Shown: positions 1-11,813, numbered from the stretch's first letter. The stretch: 60,816 nucleotides of DNA from Pelomyxa schiedti (GCA_020536535.1 JAHLWZ010000884.1:1-60816), one strand, 5' to 3'. Made by a program: numbers and translations. Notes: generated from the sequence alone by a model not told the origin.

Positions 1-109
1 CTCAGCTCTGGTGCAACCCGTTTGTATGGAGGGGGATATTCCACATGACGCACCTCGTTGGTTTCCCACCAGTCATCACTTTCCGTGTAGAAGAGGACAA
101 ACCATGACC
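1..109 (-). CDS. probable internal exon of a gene running off the left edge (possibly the continuation of the eIF4E-like gene)
   Basis: After a GCTAG acceptor at 110-114 the minus strand reads GHGFVLFYTESDDWWETNEVRHVEYPPPYKRVAPEL, open to the window edge. It is in phase 0 with a GTCTGG donor at 231. Confidence 0.35.
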
Positions 110-207
110 CTAGCACCAACATAATAGGAGACAATACTAGTAATAAAAAATATTTTATGGTTAGATGCAGTATGGTCCAGAGGAATAAAGTATGAAAAAT
201 CCCTGTC

Positions 208-753
208 TTAATTCTTGTTCGATGCCCAGACTTCGTCCCACAGGCGCTCGTTCTGCATCATTTCCCTTAGTGCCCACGAAGAACCACCGTGTTGCGTGTA
301 AAGCTCAGGAGTGACTATTCGCAAATAGCACCTGTGTCCTGGTGCTCCTGAGTCCACAGCAACATTGGGAACAGATCTCAGAAGGTTTGTGACTTCAGTC
401 ACTGCCTCGGCAGAGCAGGGAGGATTGTACCATAATGAGATGCGATACAGCCCATTGAAATTCTTGCGACCGTTTCTCATCATTGTGACGCCGTGGCACG
501 CGGTCGTGGCGGGGCTGGTTCCGTGGAGCAGGTTGCCACAGATCGCCTCCCAAACAGCATTGTGGGTTTCATCAGGGAGAAAGAAGCTCACGAGGTCCGC
601 GTGGTCGTGAATCAGCTCCGGATCAACAGAAATTCTGAAAAACCCAATTGTGTCCCCAACACCCTGAACCGAACGCACATTTGGCGACCAGTAGGGTGTC
701 CTTTGGCCATATGCATTGTACAGCGTTTTGAAAGGTCCAACGGGGCGCAGCAT
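208..753 (-). CDS. divergent eIF4E-fold domain, copy A
   Basis: ATG at 753. Motifs align by eye and in order to eIF4E: LRPVGPFKTL~LRLISKFDTV, FFRISVDP~LFKDGIEP, NAVWEAICGNLL~DRFWLETLLCLI, CHGVTMMR~CGAVVNVR, RISLW~KIAIW, SAEAVTEV~NREAVTHI. Confidence 0.6.
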   Translation of the reverse strand: MLRPVGPFKTLYNAYGQRTPYWSPNVRSVQGVGDTIGFFRISVDPELIHDHADLVSFFLPDETHNAVWEAICGNLLHGTSPATTACHGVTMMRNGRKNFNGLYRISLWYNPPCSAEAVTEVTNLLRSVPNVAVDSGAPGHRCYLRIVTPELYTQHGGSSWALREMMQNERLWDEVWASNKN

Positions 754-789
754 CAAGTTCGTCTGTTTCGGCGAAAAAAAAATGAAATT

Positions 790-1329
790 CTAAGAGTTTG
801 ATGCCCAGACTTCATCCCACAAGCGCTCGTTCTGCAGCATTTCCTTAAGTGCCGCCGAACAACCACCATGTTGTGCGTAAAGCTCAGGAGTGACTATTCG
901 CAAATAGCACCTGTGCCCGGGTGCTCCTGGGTCCACAGCAACATTGGGAACAGATCTCAGAAGATTCATAACTTCGGCCAATGCCTCGGCAGAGCAGGGA
1001 GGATCGTACCATAATGCGATGCGATACAGCCCATTGAATTTATTGCGGCCGTTTCTCATCATTGTGACGCCGTGGCACGCGGTCGTGGCGGGGCTGGTTC
1101 CGTGGAGCAGGTTGCCACAGATCGCCTCCCAAGCAGCATTGTGGGTTGCAACAGGTACAAAGAAGCTCACGAGGTCCACGTGGTCGTGAATCAGCTCCGT
1201 GTCAACAGACATTCTGAAAAACCCAATTGTGTCCCCAGCAGCCTGAACTGGAAGCACATTTGGCGACCAGAATGGCGTCCTTTGGCCATACGCATTGTAC
1301 ACCGTTCGGAACTGTCCTGTCTGTAACAT
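790..1329 (-). CDS. divergent eIF4E-fold domain, copy B (tandem paralog of 208-753)
   Basis: Collinear and highly similar to copy A at DNA and protein level. ATG at 1329. In frame with copy A across a 36-nt spacer that has no stop. Confidence 0.6.
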   Translation of the reverse strand: MLQTGQFRTVYNAYGQRTPFWSPNVLPVQAAGDTIGFFRMSVDTELIHDHVDLVSFFVPVATHNAAWEAICGNLLHGTSPATTACHGVTMMRNGRNKFNGLYRIALWYDPPCSAEALAEVMNLLRSVPNVAVDPGAPGHRCYLRIVTPELYAQHGGCSAALKEMLQNERLWDEVWASNS

Positions 1330-1452
1330 CACTTACACCTCCACGAAAAAAATCCCTTGAGTTTTGGGAAACAGGAACTCCAATCAAAAAAAACCGTTCT
1401 TCCGACTTTTGGGGCACGAAGAAAAAGCAAAAGAGAAAGAAAAACAAGAAAG

Positions 1453-3503
1453 ATGAGATCGTTGCTGGTTGGGTGTGTTGTGGTCGCGTTTGGGATTGGT
1501 CTTAGTGCCGGGATGTTGCACGGAATTAAGTTCCAATCTCGTATGATCGAGGGCCCTACGAGATCTAGCGCAACCGCCACACCGGATCTGTGGTTCACCA
1601 ATCAACGAGTACGTGCCATGCACCGTGAAAAACGTTTTACGTGAGTTGACTGCTGACTTCTTACTGTCGATTCTTTTTCTTGGTTTTTTAGGTAGATCAC
1701 TTTGACAACACGAACACTGGTACATGGAATCAGAGGTACTTGGTGAATAGCACATATTGGCTTGGGGATGGTTATCCTATCATTGTCAATTTGGGTGGTG
1801 AGGGCACTATGGGCTACACATCAGTCACTGGCAGATTCATTTTTAACACAGTTTGTTTCTGAACATCTCTCTTGGTTGTTAAAAAGTGATAACTTATATT
1901 CCCTTCACATTTTCACACTATTCAACCAGTGGGCAAAGCAATTATCGGCCTTGATAGTCTCTGTGGAGCACAGGTACTATGGCCAAAGTATGCCCACGAG
2001 TGACATGTCCAACGCGAACATGCCGCTCCTCTCTAGTGAACAAGCTATTGCTGACTATGCAGTACGCTGTAGCTCCTATAATTTTCATCATCTTATATTC
2101 TTCCAGGTGTTCATTAATTACATCAAAACAACTTACAATGCTCCTCACAGTGAAGTTCTTACAGCTGGTGGGTCCTACAGTGGTGCCCTCAGCGCTTGGA
2201 TCAGACAAAAGTATAGCTAAAAATTTCATATTTCCATTTTTATATGGGTGCAGGTACCCGCAAATCATTAACACTGCATATGCTACATCGGCCCCAGTTT
2301 TTGCCAAGGAAGACTTTACTGAGTATCTCGAAGTACAAACCCCTACTCATTCTCTTCTGGTGACAAGACTTTAGATTGTTGGTGCTGGTTTAGGCACACA
2401 ATGCGCGAATGCAGTAAAGCAGGGAACACTTTACTATGAATCTCTGCTTCAAACACCAGCCGGACTTGAGCAGATACAAAAAGACTTCCAAACATGCACA
2501 GCAATTGGTAGTACCCTCTTTCCTGCAGAAACGTGTAGTAACGGATTTAGAAACCGAAAATGACAAAATTGTATTCATGGAATACCTTGCTGATACTATT
2601 TCTGTGCGCTTTTCAATATCGCTTTTTTCCTCCCCAACACTAATGCTCTCTATTAGGGATTCGTCCAGTACAATAACGATAATAATGGCTATTTCCCAAC
2701 CAACATAACTGTAAGAACCAAATTATCGTCTACAACTTACAGGTTACAGGGTGTTTGTGACATGCTACTTGCTGATGATATTACTGTGACATACCCCCAA
2801 TTCATCCTTTGGTACAACGACATCTTTGGGGAACCTTGCACTCCTGTGAGGTATTATTGATTATTTAGTAATAAGTATTTCACAGTTGTCTAGTTACGCC
2901 GATATGGTTGCTGAACTCTCTATAACCGACCCTCTGGCTGCAGACCCTGCCAGCAGGTCGTGGTACTGGCAGACATGCAGTGGTAGGTCCTATTCCATTT
3001 CATTCCGTTTATTTAATAAAACCGATAGAATTTGGATACTTCCAAACCGGAGAATCGTCCAACCAACCATTTTCGAGCATGATCTCCTTACAATACTTCC
3101 TTGATATATGTTATGATGTATACGGTGTGAGCAACACCGTAGTTGAGATGGCAATTGAGTCCACAAACAACCTCTATGGTGGTCTCAATGTGGGCTCATC
3201 TGAGATTGTATTCCCCAACGGTTCAGTGGTATGCCTCATGTTCTTCCTGGTAGGCCATACTGTTGAACTTAAATCATCACAGGACCCATGGCATGCTCTA
3301 GGACTAACTCAAACCACCGACCCAGAGCTCCCCACTGTTTGTAAGTGTCACTCCAACGAATATTATATCTAACACAAATGCACCCAGACATTCAAGGCAC
3401 TGCACACTGCGCTGACATGTACGCTGCATCACCTAATGACATTCCCAGCCTTACCACCGCCCGCTCCCAAGTTTTCTCCTACATCACATATTGGCTCAAC
3501 TAA
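1453..3503 (+). CDS. serine carboxypeptidase S28 family (PRCP/TSSP-like), secreted; multi-exon
   Basis: Signal peptide MRSLLVGCVVVAFG; motifs VDHFD, GGEG, EHRYYGQS, GGSYSG (catalytic Ser), RSWYWQTC, DPWH and GTAHCADM (catalytic His) across GT-AG exons; TAA at 3501-3503. Confidence 0.92.
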
Positions 3504-3715
3504 GATAATTTTGTCACCCAAAAAACACGGGGGAAAAAAATCAAAGAAAGGGGAGTTGTTGTGCTTTGTGAGACAAAGAAATCCTCCACCGACCTACGAG
3601 GGGTATTCTTCCCCTTCGCAAGGTTCTCGATGTAACTCTCCAGGTTTTACACCCCAACTTGTTGGGCTTCGCGATAGAAGAAACCGAGAAAAAGGGTACA
3701 CATAAAAAGGAAAAA

Positions 3716-5131
3716 ATGTCCTTCCCGGGGTGGTTACGACAACAAGAGCGACAACAGCCAGGCCCTCGTCCTTCCGGACCCAAGTTGGCTGATGTGCTCC
3801 CAAAGGTAGACCGTGCCGTGAAAACTCTATGCGGCGACGACGGGGGCAGCACCAGCACGAACAACAGCAGCACCAGCAACCTCAGTGACGAGTTTGTTCG
3901 CGTCGAGGCAACGAAGGGCCAGTTCCAGGCCCAGGTGCTCTCAGGCCTCCAGGCCCCGGACATGTCGCCCTCGCTCAAAGCCGCCGGCAGCGCCGCCACG
4001 GCCGACATCCTCAGCGGCCGCCTCGCCACCCTCAAAGGCGACGCGGAGAAGCACCGCAGAGCCGGCGCGCAGCACCGCACGGACCGCGACGCCTACGCCA
4101 AGCACGCCAAGGAGACCTCCACGGAGATCGAGAACCTCCTGCGCCGCGTCGCGACGCTGTCGGACAAGCTCCGCGAGAACCGGGCCGACCTCGCGGCCGC
4201 CACCGCGGCCACGGAGCTCGAGGACGCCGCCGCCAGGCTCGCCGAGGCCCGCGCGGCCGCGCTCGAGGGCGCCCGCGACGGCGCGGTGCATGAGATGGCC
4301 CGGAACCTCGCCCTCCTCGACGCCCTGCACGCCAAGGCCAAGACCCGCTCCCTCCGCAGCTTCACCCAGGAGGACGTGCAGACCATGCTCCTCGAGCTCA
4401 ACCTCCACCAGCACGCCGCGGCGTTCCTGGCCGCCGAGGTCGACGGCAATTCCCTGTACCAGATCACCAAGGACTCGGACTCCTTCGCCCAGCTGGGCGT
4501 CGCCGACCTCGCCGAGCAGAAGCGCATCACGCACGCGTGCTTCACCGTGGCCGCCGCCGGCCGCGTCGTCGCCCCGCCGCCGCTGCCCCCGCCGCCGCCG
4601 ACCACCGAGAGCGGCCTGCTGTTCCAGGCCGACCTCGACGCCTCCTTGCTCCGCTTCGCGTTCTACTCGCGGCAGGAGCTGGCCGACTGGCTGCGGAGGC
4701 AGACCGACATTCGACTGGAGTCGACGGCCCCGCTGGAGGAGCTGCCGGCGTTCGCTGTGTTGCACCTGAACATGAAGGAACTCGTGGCCCTCAGGGTGGG
4801 GGAAATGAGGCAATGCGCGTCGATGGCCCAGAGGCTGGAGGAAGTAAGGACCCTGCTTATGTCTGTGTATCTGAGCGCATCTGAGGACTTCGCTGAAGGA
4901 GCCCCCATTGGCAGGGAGCCTCCCGCTTCGCTTGTTTGCGCTATAACAGGCAAGCTTATGGATACACCTGTCATTGAGCGCGATGGCTTGGTCTATGAAG
5001 ACGGTGTTGTTCCATCAGAGGCACAGTACTCCCCTGTGACAAACCAAGCTATGGGGCCACGAAGCACTCTTTTGCCACAAAAGAGTGGAACTTGGTTGGA
5101 CATGATAACAAAGTGGAAGGAAGGCCGGTAG
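3716..5131 (+). CDS. coiled-coil + two SAM domains + C-terminal U-box-like domain; intronless
   Basis: SAM-like FTQEDVQTMLLELNLHQHAAAFLAAEVDGNSL..LGV; second SAM-like YSRQELADWL; U-box-like PASLVCAITGKLMDTPVI..DGLVYE..SPVTNQ. Confidence 0.75.
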   Translation: MSFPGWLRQQERQQPGPRPSGPKLADVLPKVDRAVKTLCGDDGGSTSTNNSSTSNLSDEFVRVEATKGQFQAQVLSGLQAPDMSPSLKAAGSAATADILSGRLATLKGDAEKHRRAGAQHRTDRDAYAKHAKETSTEIENLLRRVATLSDKLRENRADLAAATAATELEDAAARLAEARAAALEGARDGAVHEMARNLALLDALHAKAKTRSLRSFTQEDVQTMLLELNLHQHAAAFLAAEVDGNSLYQITKDSDSFAQLGVADLAEQKRITHACFTVAAAGRVVAPPPLPPPPPTTESGLLFQADLDASLLRFAFYSRQELADWLRRQTDIRLESTAPLEELPAFAVLHLNMKELVALRVGEMRQCASMAQRLEEVRTLLMSVYLSASEDFAEGAPIGREPPASLVCAITGKLMDTPVIERDGLVYEDGVVPSEAQYSPVTNQAMGPRSTLLPQKSGTWLDMITKWKEGR

Positions 5132-5182
5132 AAGAGATTGGCCGTATTTAATTAACAAGTGTTGTATTCAAGACACAAGGCC

Positions 5183-7874
5183 TTATGGCAGTGTGTTTCT
5201 TAGCATAAAAACTTGCTCCAGGTGGCTGATGTGTATCACACACGGCTCTTGCATGAAGGGTTCTCCATCAAACTGGGAGTGTGTTGGTTATTATTTTGGT
5301 GAGGTTTTGTTTTGTTGTTACCTGGCATGGAAATGTTGCTTTCGTCCTGGCTGTGATTTTAATGTCGCGGCCTTGTGTCAATTTAGTTGGGAGAGCTGTC
5401 CGTGCATTTATTTGACCCTTAATTGTGGTGAGGATACTTTTTTTTTTTTTTTTGAGAACACACGAGTTCCAAGACGCTTTTTAAAACTACAACTTCAAGG
5501 AGTCCGTCATCAGGTGAGATGGGAAGCAAACCCCTCTCTTGCTATTATAAAAACTCACTCAAAGTTTAAAAAAGTGCGATATTACCTCCTCAGGAGTCAA
5601 TGACCCCCACAGATTAGTTCCTCCATAGCAACTAGGCAAATTTAATATGACAAGACCTTTTTAGCCAAGATGAATTAGAAGACCATAAAACATAAAATAC
5701 CTTCCGCTGCTGGTAGTGGAACTGCAGCACCGTCTACTTCAAGGGTAATATAGTCACAAAGTTGTGGAACTGATTCGAACAGTACAGCAGCTGAAAGCAC
5801 AACATACCATAGTTTGTTTCCAACTCGACTGTTGAATGCTGTGGGATTACTCTCTCTTTTTTGGTGAAATTCGTGAGCAACAGCAGCATCAAGACCTTTC
5901 ATTGGTTTACGTAAGAAAATAAGGGGTCCCTCCCTTTCTTACCAATACTGAAATAGTTGTTTACAACATTTTTTTGTACAAATTCTCCAACAGTATTTGT
6001 GTCAACATTAAGGGGTGCTATATTTAATAGCCACCTTTAAGTGGAGAGTAAATTAATCGAAAAATCGCAAATTAGTCGTACCTATCAACTCGTACTGTAG
6101 TTGCAAGGGAAATTTTAGTCAAAAAGCCGCGTAAGCTTTCTCCAGAAGTGAAGCCGCCTCCCCATCCTAGGGCACGAGACATATCATTTCCTGTGCCAAG
6201 TGCTAAAACACCAACCTGCGCAGTAAACACTTAAAAAAAAGGTGATTTTGATACCATAGGATATTTACTTGAGCTTGTTGTTTGCCCTTCTTTCGAAGAG
6301 ATTCCAAAACCCAGCCCACTGTGCCATCCCCTAGTGAATGATTATAAAACCAGAATTAGATGTCTCCCCTAACCTCCACACACTAGAATACGGAATTTGG
6401 GGTATAATACATTCATAAAATCTAGCCTATAAAAATACTTAATTTTCCCCCAAATGGTTTTTCCTTCCTACCCTTGATCAGGGCCCCCTTTATCAAGACT
6501 GAAAATTTGAAGAGGATGCAGCAAACTCCTAACACGGTTTCAGTGCAAAATTGGGATTACTTAATCAATAACAATAATCCAGCAAGAACTTCTTTTCCTT
6601 GCAAACCTCCACTTCGTTTGTTCACAAACACCTGGTTGAAGCACATAAGAAGTTTTTAAGTTGCAACTCTCACTAAATACCACAAGGGGTTTGGCTGTAT
6701 CGTTTGGTAGCACCTGTAGTAATTAGTTGTCAAGTACCAAAAAAAAAAAAAAAAAAAGGAAGCATACAGAATAATTTCCGTCATCATCCCTTGTCACCAT
6801 TGAAGGGTGCAAGTAATAGTCAGGCAAGTGGCATGCTGTTGGAGCAGATTTGAGGCATGCTGTATGGACCTAGTGGGGGAATTAGTTAATTGAACAGAGA
6901 TAAGTTCCCATACAGATTGTAAACACCAGCTGCAACGATAATCAGCCAATGAGAGGTAACTACCACACGCCTCTCTACAAACTGAACATGTATAGTCCTA
7001 TAGGCAGGTTAGCCAAAAATCAATGCCATTTACGTTATTGTTTACGGTATCAGGATGAGCACTGTGATTCCCTTCTACCCAGTTATGGCAGAGCTTGAGA
7101 ATTGTAAGGTTTTTTTCCCTGGGGAGGGGTGTTACCTCACGGCCCTTGTGCGTGAAAGATTTGCAGGGCTTTGTCAAGAACTTCAGGCATGTTTCGTGAG
7201 TTACGTAATTGCACACTTAGAATAATGGTGTCAAACATTGGGCTCACCTCAACGTGTTTCAACTACAACTAAAGGAATACGGCAACACATAGAACATAAA
7301 AACACACCACCACAAAGAAGTCCTTGCTTGCTTAGTCCGAATAACATATCCCGGCAGTAGTTGCAATATGATGGGCGTGAAAAACTTGCCCAATAAAACA
7401 TGTGTGTTTCCTCTTCCTTATTGCTGCAATTTTAGAAGTGAAGACATTATCAAGAGCGCACCAGCGGTAAATCAGAAAGATCCGCCAAGGAATCTACTAT
7501 AACATATGGCTTCGTTTTTGCGGAGCCACACGCACCCTTGACTCGAGGCAAACAAGTTTCGTGAATTTGCATACGGCACACTGAATAAGTGAGTCATTGA
7601 CTTCCCAAAACACAAAAGCGTACCGGTGCACTCAAAGATAATGCCAACAAGAATTTCTCCACAATGTTTACATGGAGGAGGCTGCGTGGAAAGTTACCCC
7701 TACCAACTCCTCCAACCAAATATGTGGTACCGTTAAAGAGTACTGGCTTGATTTGATGAACTTATGACTGGCCCTGCTTGTACTAGGCGAGGAAGCAGAC
7801 GCAGATGCCGTAGTTGTGCTAGATGCAGTGGCCGATGACATGACCGCAGATCCAGGGGGTGTCCCACCACTCAT
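5183..7874 (-). CDS. diacylglycerol kinase with three C1 domains; multi-exon
   Basis: His/Cys C1 patterns; catalytic FVNKRSGG, VCGGDGTVGW, LGTGNDMSRALGWG; accessory domain NNYFSIG, NKLWY, GGTNLWG, DDGLLEVV, QFDGEP. Confidence 0.92.
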
Positions 7875-7972
7875 CTTTTTTCTCTTTGTTGTTTGGTGTT
7901 TCGTTGATCGCGTGAGATTCGATGACAGGGCTTTTTTTTCCCCCATCATCTTTTGGTGAAAATGTTTTTTTT

Positions 7973-9844
7973 TTATGCAGGCAAAGAGCAGGGGTTTTGC
8001 TCTGAGTACTTCTCGAAGCTACTTTTGTCTGGGAACAACGAACACCTGATGATGGTCCAGACTTTAGAAAAATGGCAAATGATCCAAGATACACACATGA
8101 CAGTCTGAAGGTACTGTATTTCTCTTTCAGAGGCTTCGTTGGGGTCGAGGTTGTCTTGCAAGCAAACGCAATACGGCTTTCGTTTGATAATTTTCTCCCA
8201 TAGGTTCACATTGAGGCTGTGGTTGCCTGTCCACCATCCACCAATATTGACTGCTTTTGCTTTCTGGTTAAATAAGCACAACAGTCAATCCAAAAGTGAC
8301 AACCTACGGTGTGAATTGCACACATACTTGTGCTCCAAATTCTTCTAATGCTGCGTTTGCGTGAAGGAATGGAAAGGCTGTATCAGATGGCTTGCGGAAT
8401 TTGTGGTGTGAGGTTTCGTCAAATTCTTTTTGAAAGTTAGCCCGTTATCTAAGTATTGATGGTACCCTTTTTCCAACGTGAATAGATAGTGTCAGCAATG
8501 TGTTTCTTTATGAAGTAACAATGATGTCCGGCGTAATTATGGCGGACCGTACTATTACTGTTTGGGTAATAGTACGCATTTATAAGATCGTTGGATTTGG
8601 CCACACTTCGGTGCCAAGTGTTGGTCTTCATGCGTTCCGTTTCAGGAGCTCTTGTTAGGGTACATTAGGAAGTCATTTTTTCCAGAATGAAACTTACAGA
8701 AAACCATCCATGTAGAGCTGTTCTTGAGTCAACGCATTTTGCAGAAATGGGAGTAAAAAACCTTCAAGCCCCCAGTATTGGGGTCAATAAAATGATCTTT
8801 AGGAGTGTCGCTGAATAAATGTTTGTTTTGAACAAGGTATAATTCATCATTACCGCCCCAAAAAGAAATCATCGTTCATGTACAAGAAACAGGGAGCTAA
8901 ACCTTTTTGCCAGTATGAAAAGGAAAAAGAGTAGATGGCACACTACCTACCAGGGATTTTATGAAGATGAGCTTCGATGGCATTCGAATTGAATGTTGGT
9001 AAGTCACTTGAGTTAGGGAAGATTTGATTGTGTGTGATTAATCGGAATCGTGGACTAGTTGTATCAAGCCAGGTAGGGATCTATTAACAAACGAGTTGGT
9101 GAAAGAGTATGAGAGGAAATTTTTTTACCTGCCCATTTGTTACAAGAATTACGTTCCTGGCATATGGCATATACCTCTCGATGGAGCGAAGGGAGAACCT
9201 TATTACTGTTAGATTTCTTTTTTAGGAAATAGATACCTCAAAACGCCGTAATCTCGGAAAGCCCTTGGATTGGACCCCTTACCATATAACGTGAAACTCC
9301 TCAAATGAGCGGGATCGCTCCCATTCACCCAGGTATAAACCACATCAACAGTGTCGCACAGCTCCACTGATTTTTCGGAGACAGTAGGAGTTGGCATCTC
9401 TTGAGTGGGAGCAGTGACTTCAGTTGGAACAGTGGGAGGATTGACCACTGGAGGTGCCACTTCAACTGGGGAAAACATAAAAGAAAAAGAAAGAGGTGCG
9501 CGCATTAGAAAATGATTTCCTCATCATAAGAATAGATCACCACGCGTAATTCCAGCGTGCCGATGACGGAAGTAATAGAGCCACACAGCGACGTTGATGC
9601 AAAGCAGTAAAAAGCAAAATGCAGCCACAGCGGCACTGAAGCAATCCTGGCATATCAGCGATTTTACGGTGCCGTTACCGGAGCCCCCTTTTGCAGGTGG
9701 AGATCCCCTTGGTTTGTGCTTCCTAGATCCAGACGCACGGTCACCGGACTTACGACCCACACCACCGCCTTCCACGTTCCCGCTTTCCGGGTCAGATTTA
9801 TCGCTCTTCTGCCAGTCCCCAAAGATCCTACGTGATGCAAACAT
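7973..9844 (-). CDS. Stealth-family hexose-1-phosphate transferase (GNPTAB/CpsY-like), type II membrane protein; multi-exon
   Basis: N-terminal TM; CR1 DVVYTWVNGSDP; CR2 LRFSLRSIERY..NGQIPTWL..LPTFNSNAIEAHLH..YMNDDFF; CR4 CLQDN..FPDKSSFE. Confidence 0.9.
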
Positions 9845-10162
9845 CACAGCCCGCACGCAACGCGTCCTTTGGCCCACGTGAAAGAAAAGAGTATTTTTTC
9901 GATCACTTCTAGGAAAAAAAAAAGCCACGTCTCTCACGGATGAGGATTGTCAGGAGTTTATTGCACAGTATGGGGGCAAAGTAAGTATGAAGCCACTCAT
10001 TGGAAGCACAGAGCTTTTGGGAGCCATGGATTCTCTTGGGAGGTGGGTGCTGGTTGGAGAAAGGGGAGCATAAAAGGAACCTTGTTTCATTTTGACCATA
10101 CCGGTTTTCTGTGTTGGAATGTTAGTGTAAAATACATTGGAGAAGTAGAAAGTAGGTAGTGC

Positions 10163-10621
10163 TTGTTGCTGCCTCCTGTTTCCTTTCTGTTTTTCTTTTT
10201 GGGTTTGATAGTAATAACACTTCACTTCGCTCATGTAACCGGAAGTGCACAATTGAAAAGGCGAAATGACTTCACAAGAAGCTGGATTGTGGACTGTGTG
10301 TTGGACAGAATCACTGAGTTGATCAGTCTGGATTCACCTCAGTAACCAGCATCCTGTCTGGTGTGGCAGTTGCAGATGTTGTTTCAGTACAAGAAGTTGA
10401 CAGCTGAACCTGACCAAGTCACTGGGCTGGTGAGCATTCAGTATGACCAAACTCACAGCTCTATGTTAAGGTCAACAACAAGGCATTCCATTCTGCACAG
10501 CCCTCTTGTACTTGATCCCATGACGCTTTCCTCACCCACCTTCTTCCTTAGGCAATTGTTTTGTTGGCTTGACCGTAACAAAGGGAGTTGCGTTCTCGTT
10601 CTTTTGGTTTTGATGCTCTAG
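10163..10621 (+). pseudogene. possible decayed coding relic
   Basis: ORFs 10163-10345 and 10361-10621 share one frame, broken by a single TAA. No CpG in about 10264-10523. No recognisable motif. Confidence 0.25.
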
Positions 10622-10683
10622 ATGCTGATGGCCAGGAACAACTTTTTTCAGGAATTCGGTTTTTTTTTTTCGTTTTGTAAAGG

Positions 10684-11813
10684 ATGGACGAAACGTACGA
10701 CTTCCTGTTCAAATTCATTGTAATTGGGGATGCTGCCACAGGGAAATCCTGTTTGTTACATAGGTTCATTCAGGTACCTGTTGAAACATGTAACCACCTT
10801 CGTTTACTAACTGTAACACTAGAACAAGTGTATGTGACTTTCTTGTTTGTAGTCGGTGGTGACACTTTTTTTTTTCCTCCCCTTTAGTCAACAGAGAGTC
10901 TCAGCACACTATTGGTATGGAAAGTCACTCGTTCTTTTCTTATATTTCCCGTTACAGGCGTGGAGTTTGGCGCCAAAGTGGTGGATGTTGGAGGGAAGAA
11001 AATTAAACTGCAAATATGGGTAACATTACTTGACTCAAGTATTTGTTTAATAATACAATCCACAACTAGGACACAGCAGGCCAGGAACGATTTAGGTGTT
11101 CAAGCCAACATCACTTTCCAGTTTATCTATCTTACATTGTTAAAAGATCAGTAACACGCAGCTATTACAAAGGGGCCCTTGGGGCCTTACTGGTGTGCAA
11201 CACCCAAGTTAACCAACACACCACCCAAAGAACAAACCTAACCTCAGGTTTATGACGTAACGAGGTATCTCTTCCAAGTTTTAACCTTCCCGGTGGATGG
11301 ACAGCTTTATTCATCTCTTGAATAGCCGTGACAGTTACAACAATATCTCAAGCTGGCTTACAGATGCTCGTTCTTTATCAAATACAGACATTGTCATAAT
11401 GCTTGTTGGAAACAAAATAGATCGTCCTGATGTTAGTCCCCCCCTTTTTTTTTATTAACCCTAAGTTGATCCAAAGAGAGATGTTCAGTACCTTGAAGCC
11501 AGCCGGTTCAGTGAGGAACATGGTATCCCAAATTCACTTCAAGTTCATGCTACACATATGCTGACCACAATTTCAAGGCCTCATATTCGTGGAAACTAGT
11601 GCTCTTACAGGAGACGGTGTGGAAGATGCATTTATGAAATGTGGAAGAACCATCCTAAGTAAAATTAATGACGGTGTGTCTCAGTATATCCTTTTTCCCA
11701 CTCCAACATAATGTCCCAAAGGCAAAATTGATCCTACCACACTTTCCGGCACAAAAAAGACTATTCAACCACTGCCTCCTGGACCACCCCCAAAAACGGA
11801 CGGTTGTTGTTAA
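10684..11813 (+). CDS. RAB4: Rab4-like small GTPase; 11 exons
   Basis: [65 protein letters not shown]-terminal GCC prenylation motif. Confidence 0.9.

Noticed and set aside
3885-4884. Several long overlapping ORFs on both strands
   Set aside because: Shadow ORFs of a GC-rich coding region; only the 3716-5131 frame has domain motifs. The same applies at 27830-28720, 38223-38797 and 48198-49106.
10261-10550. One frame with six TGA codons (selenoprotein or recoding?)
   Set aside because: Explained by NNT-GAN codon junctions of the neighbouring frame. No SECIS was recognised, and TGA acts as a normal stop in other genes here.
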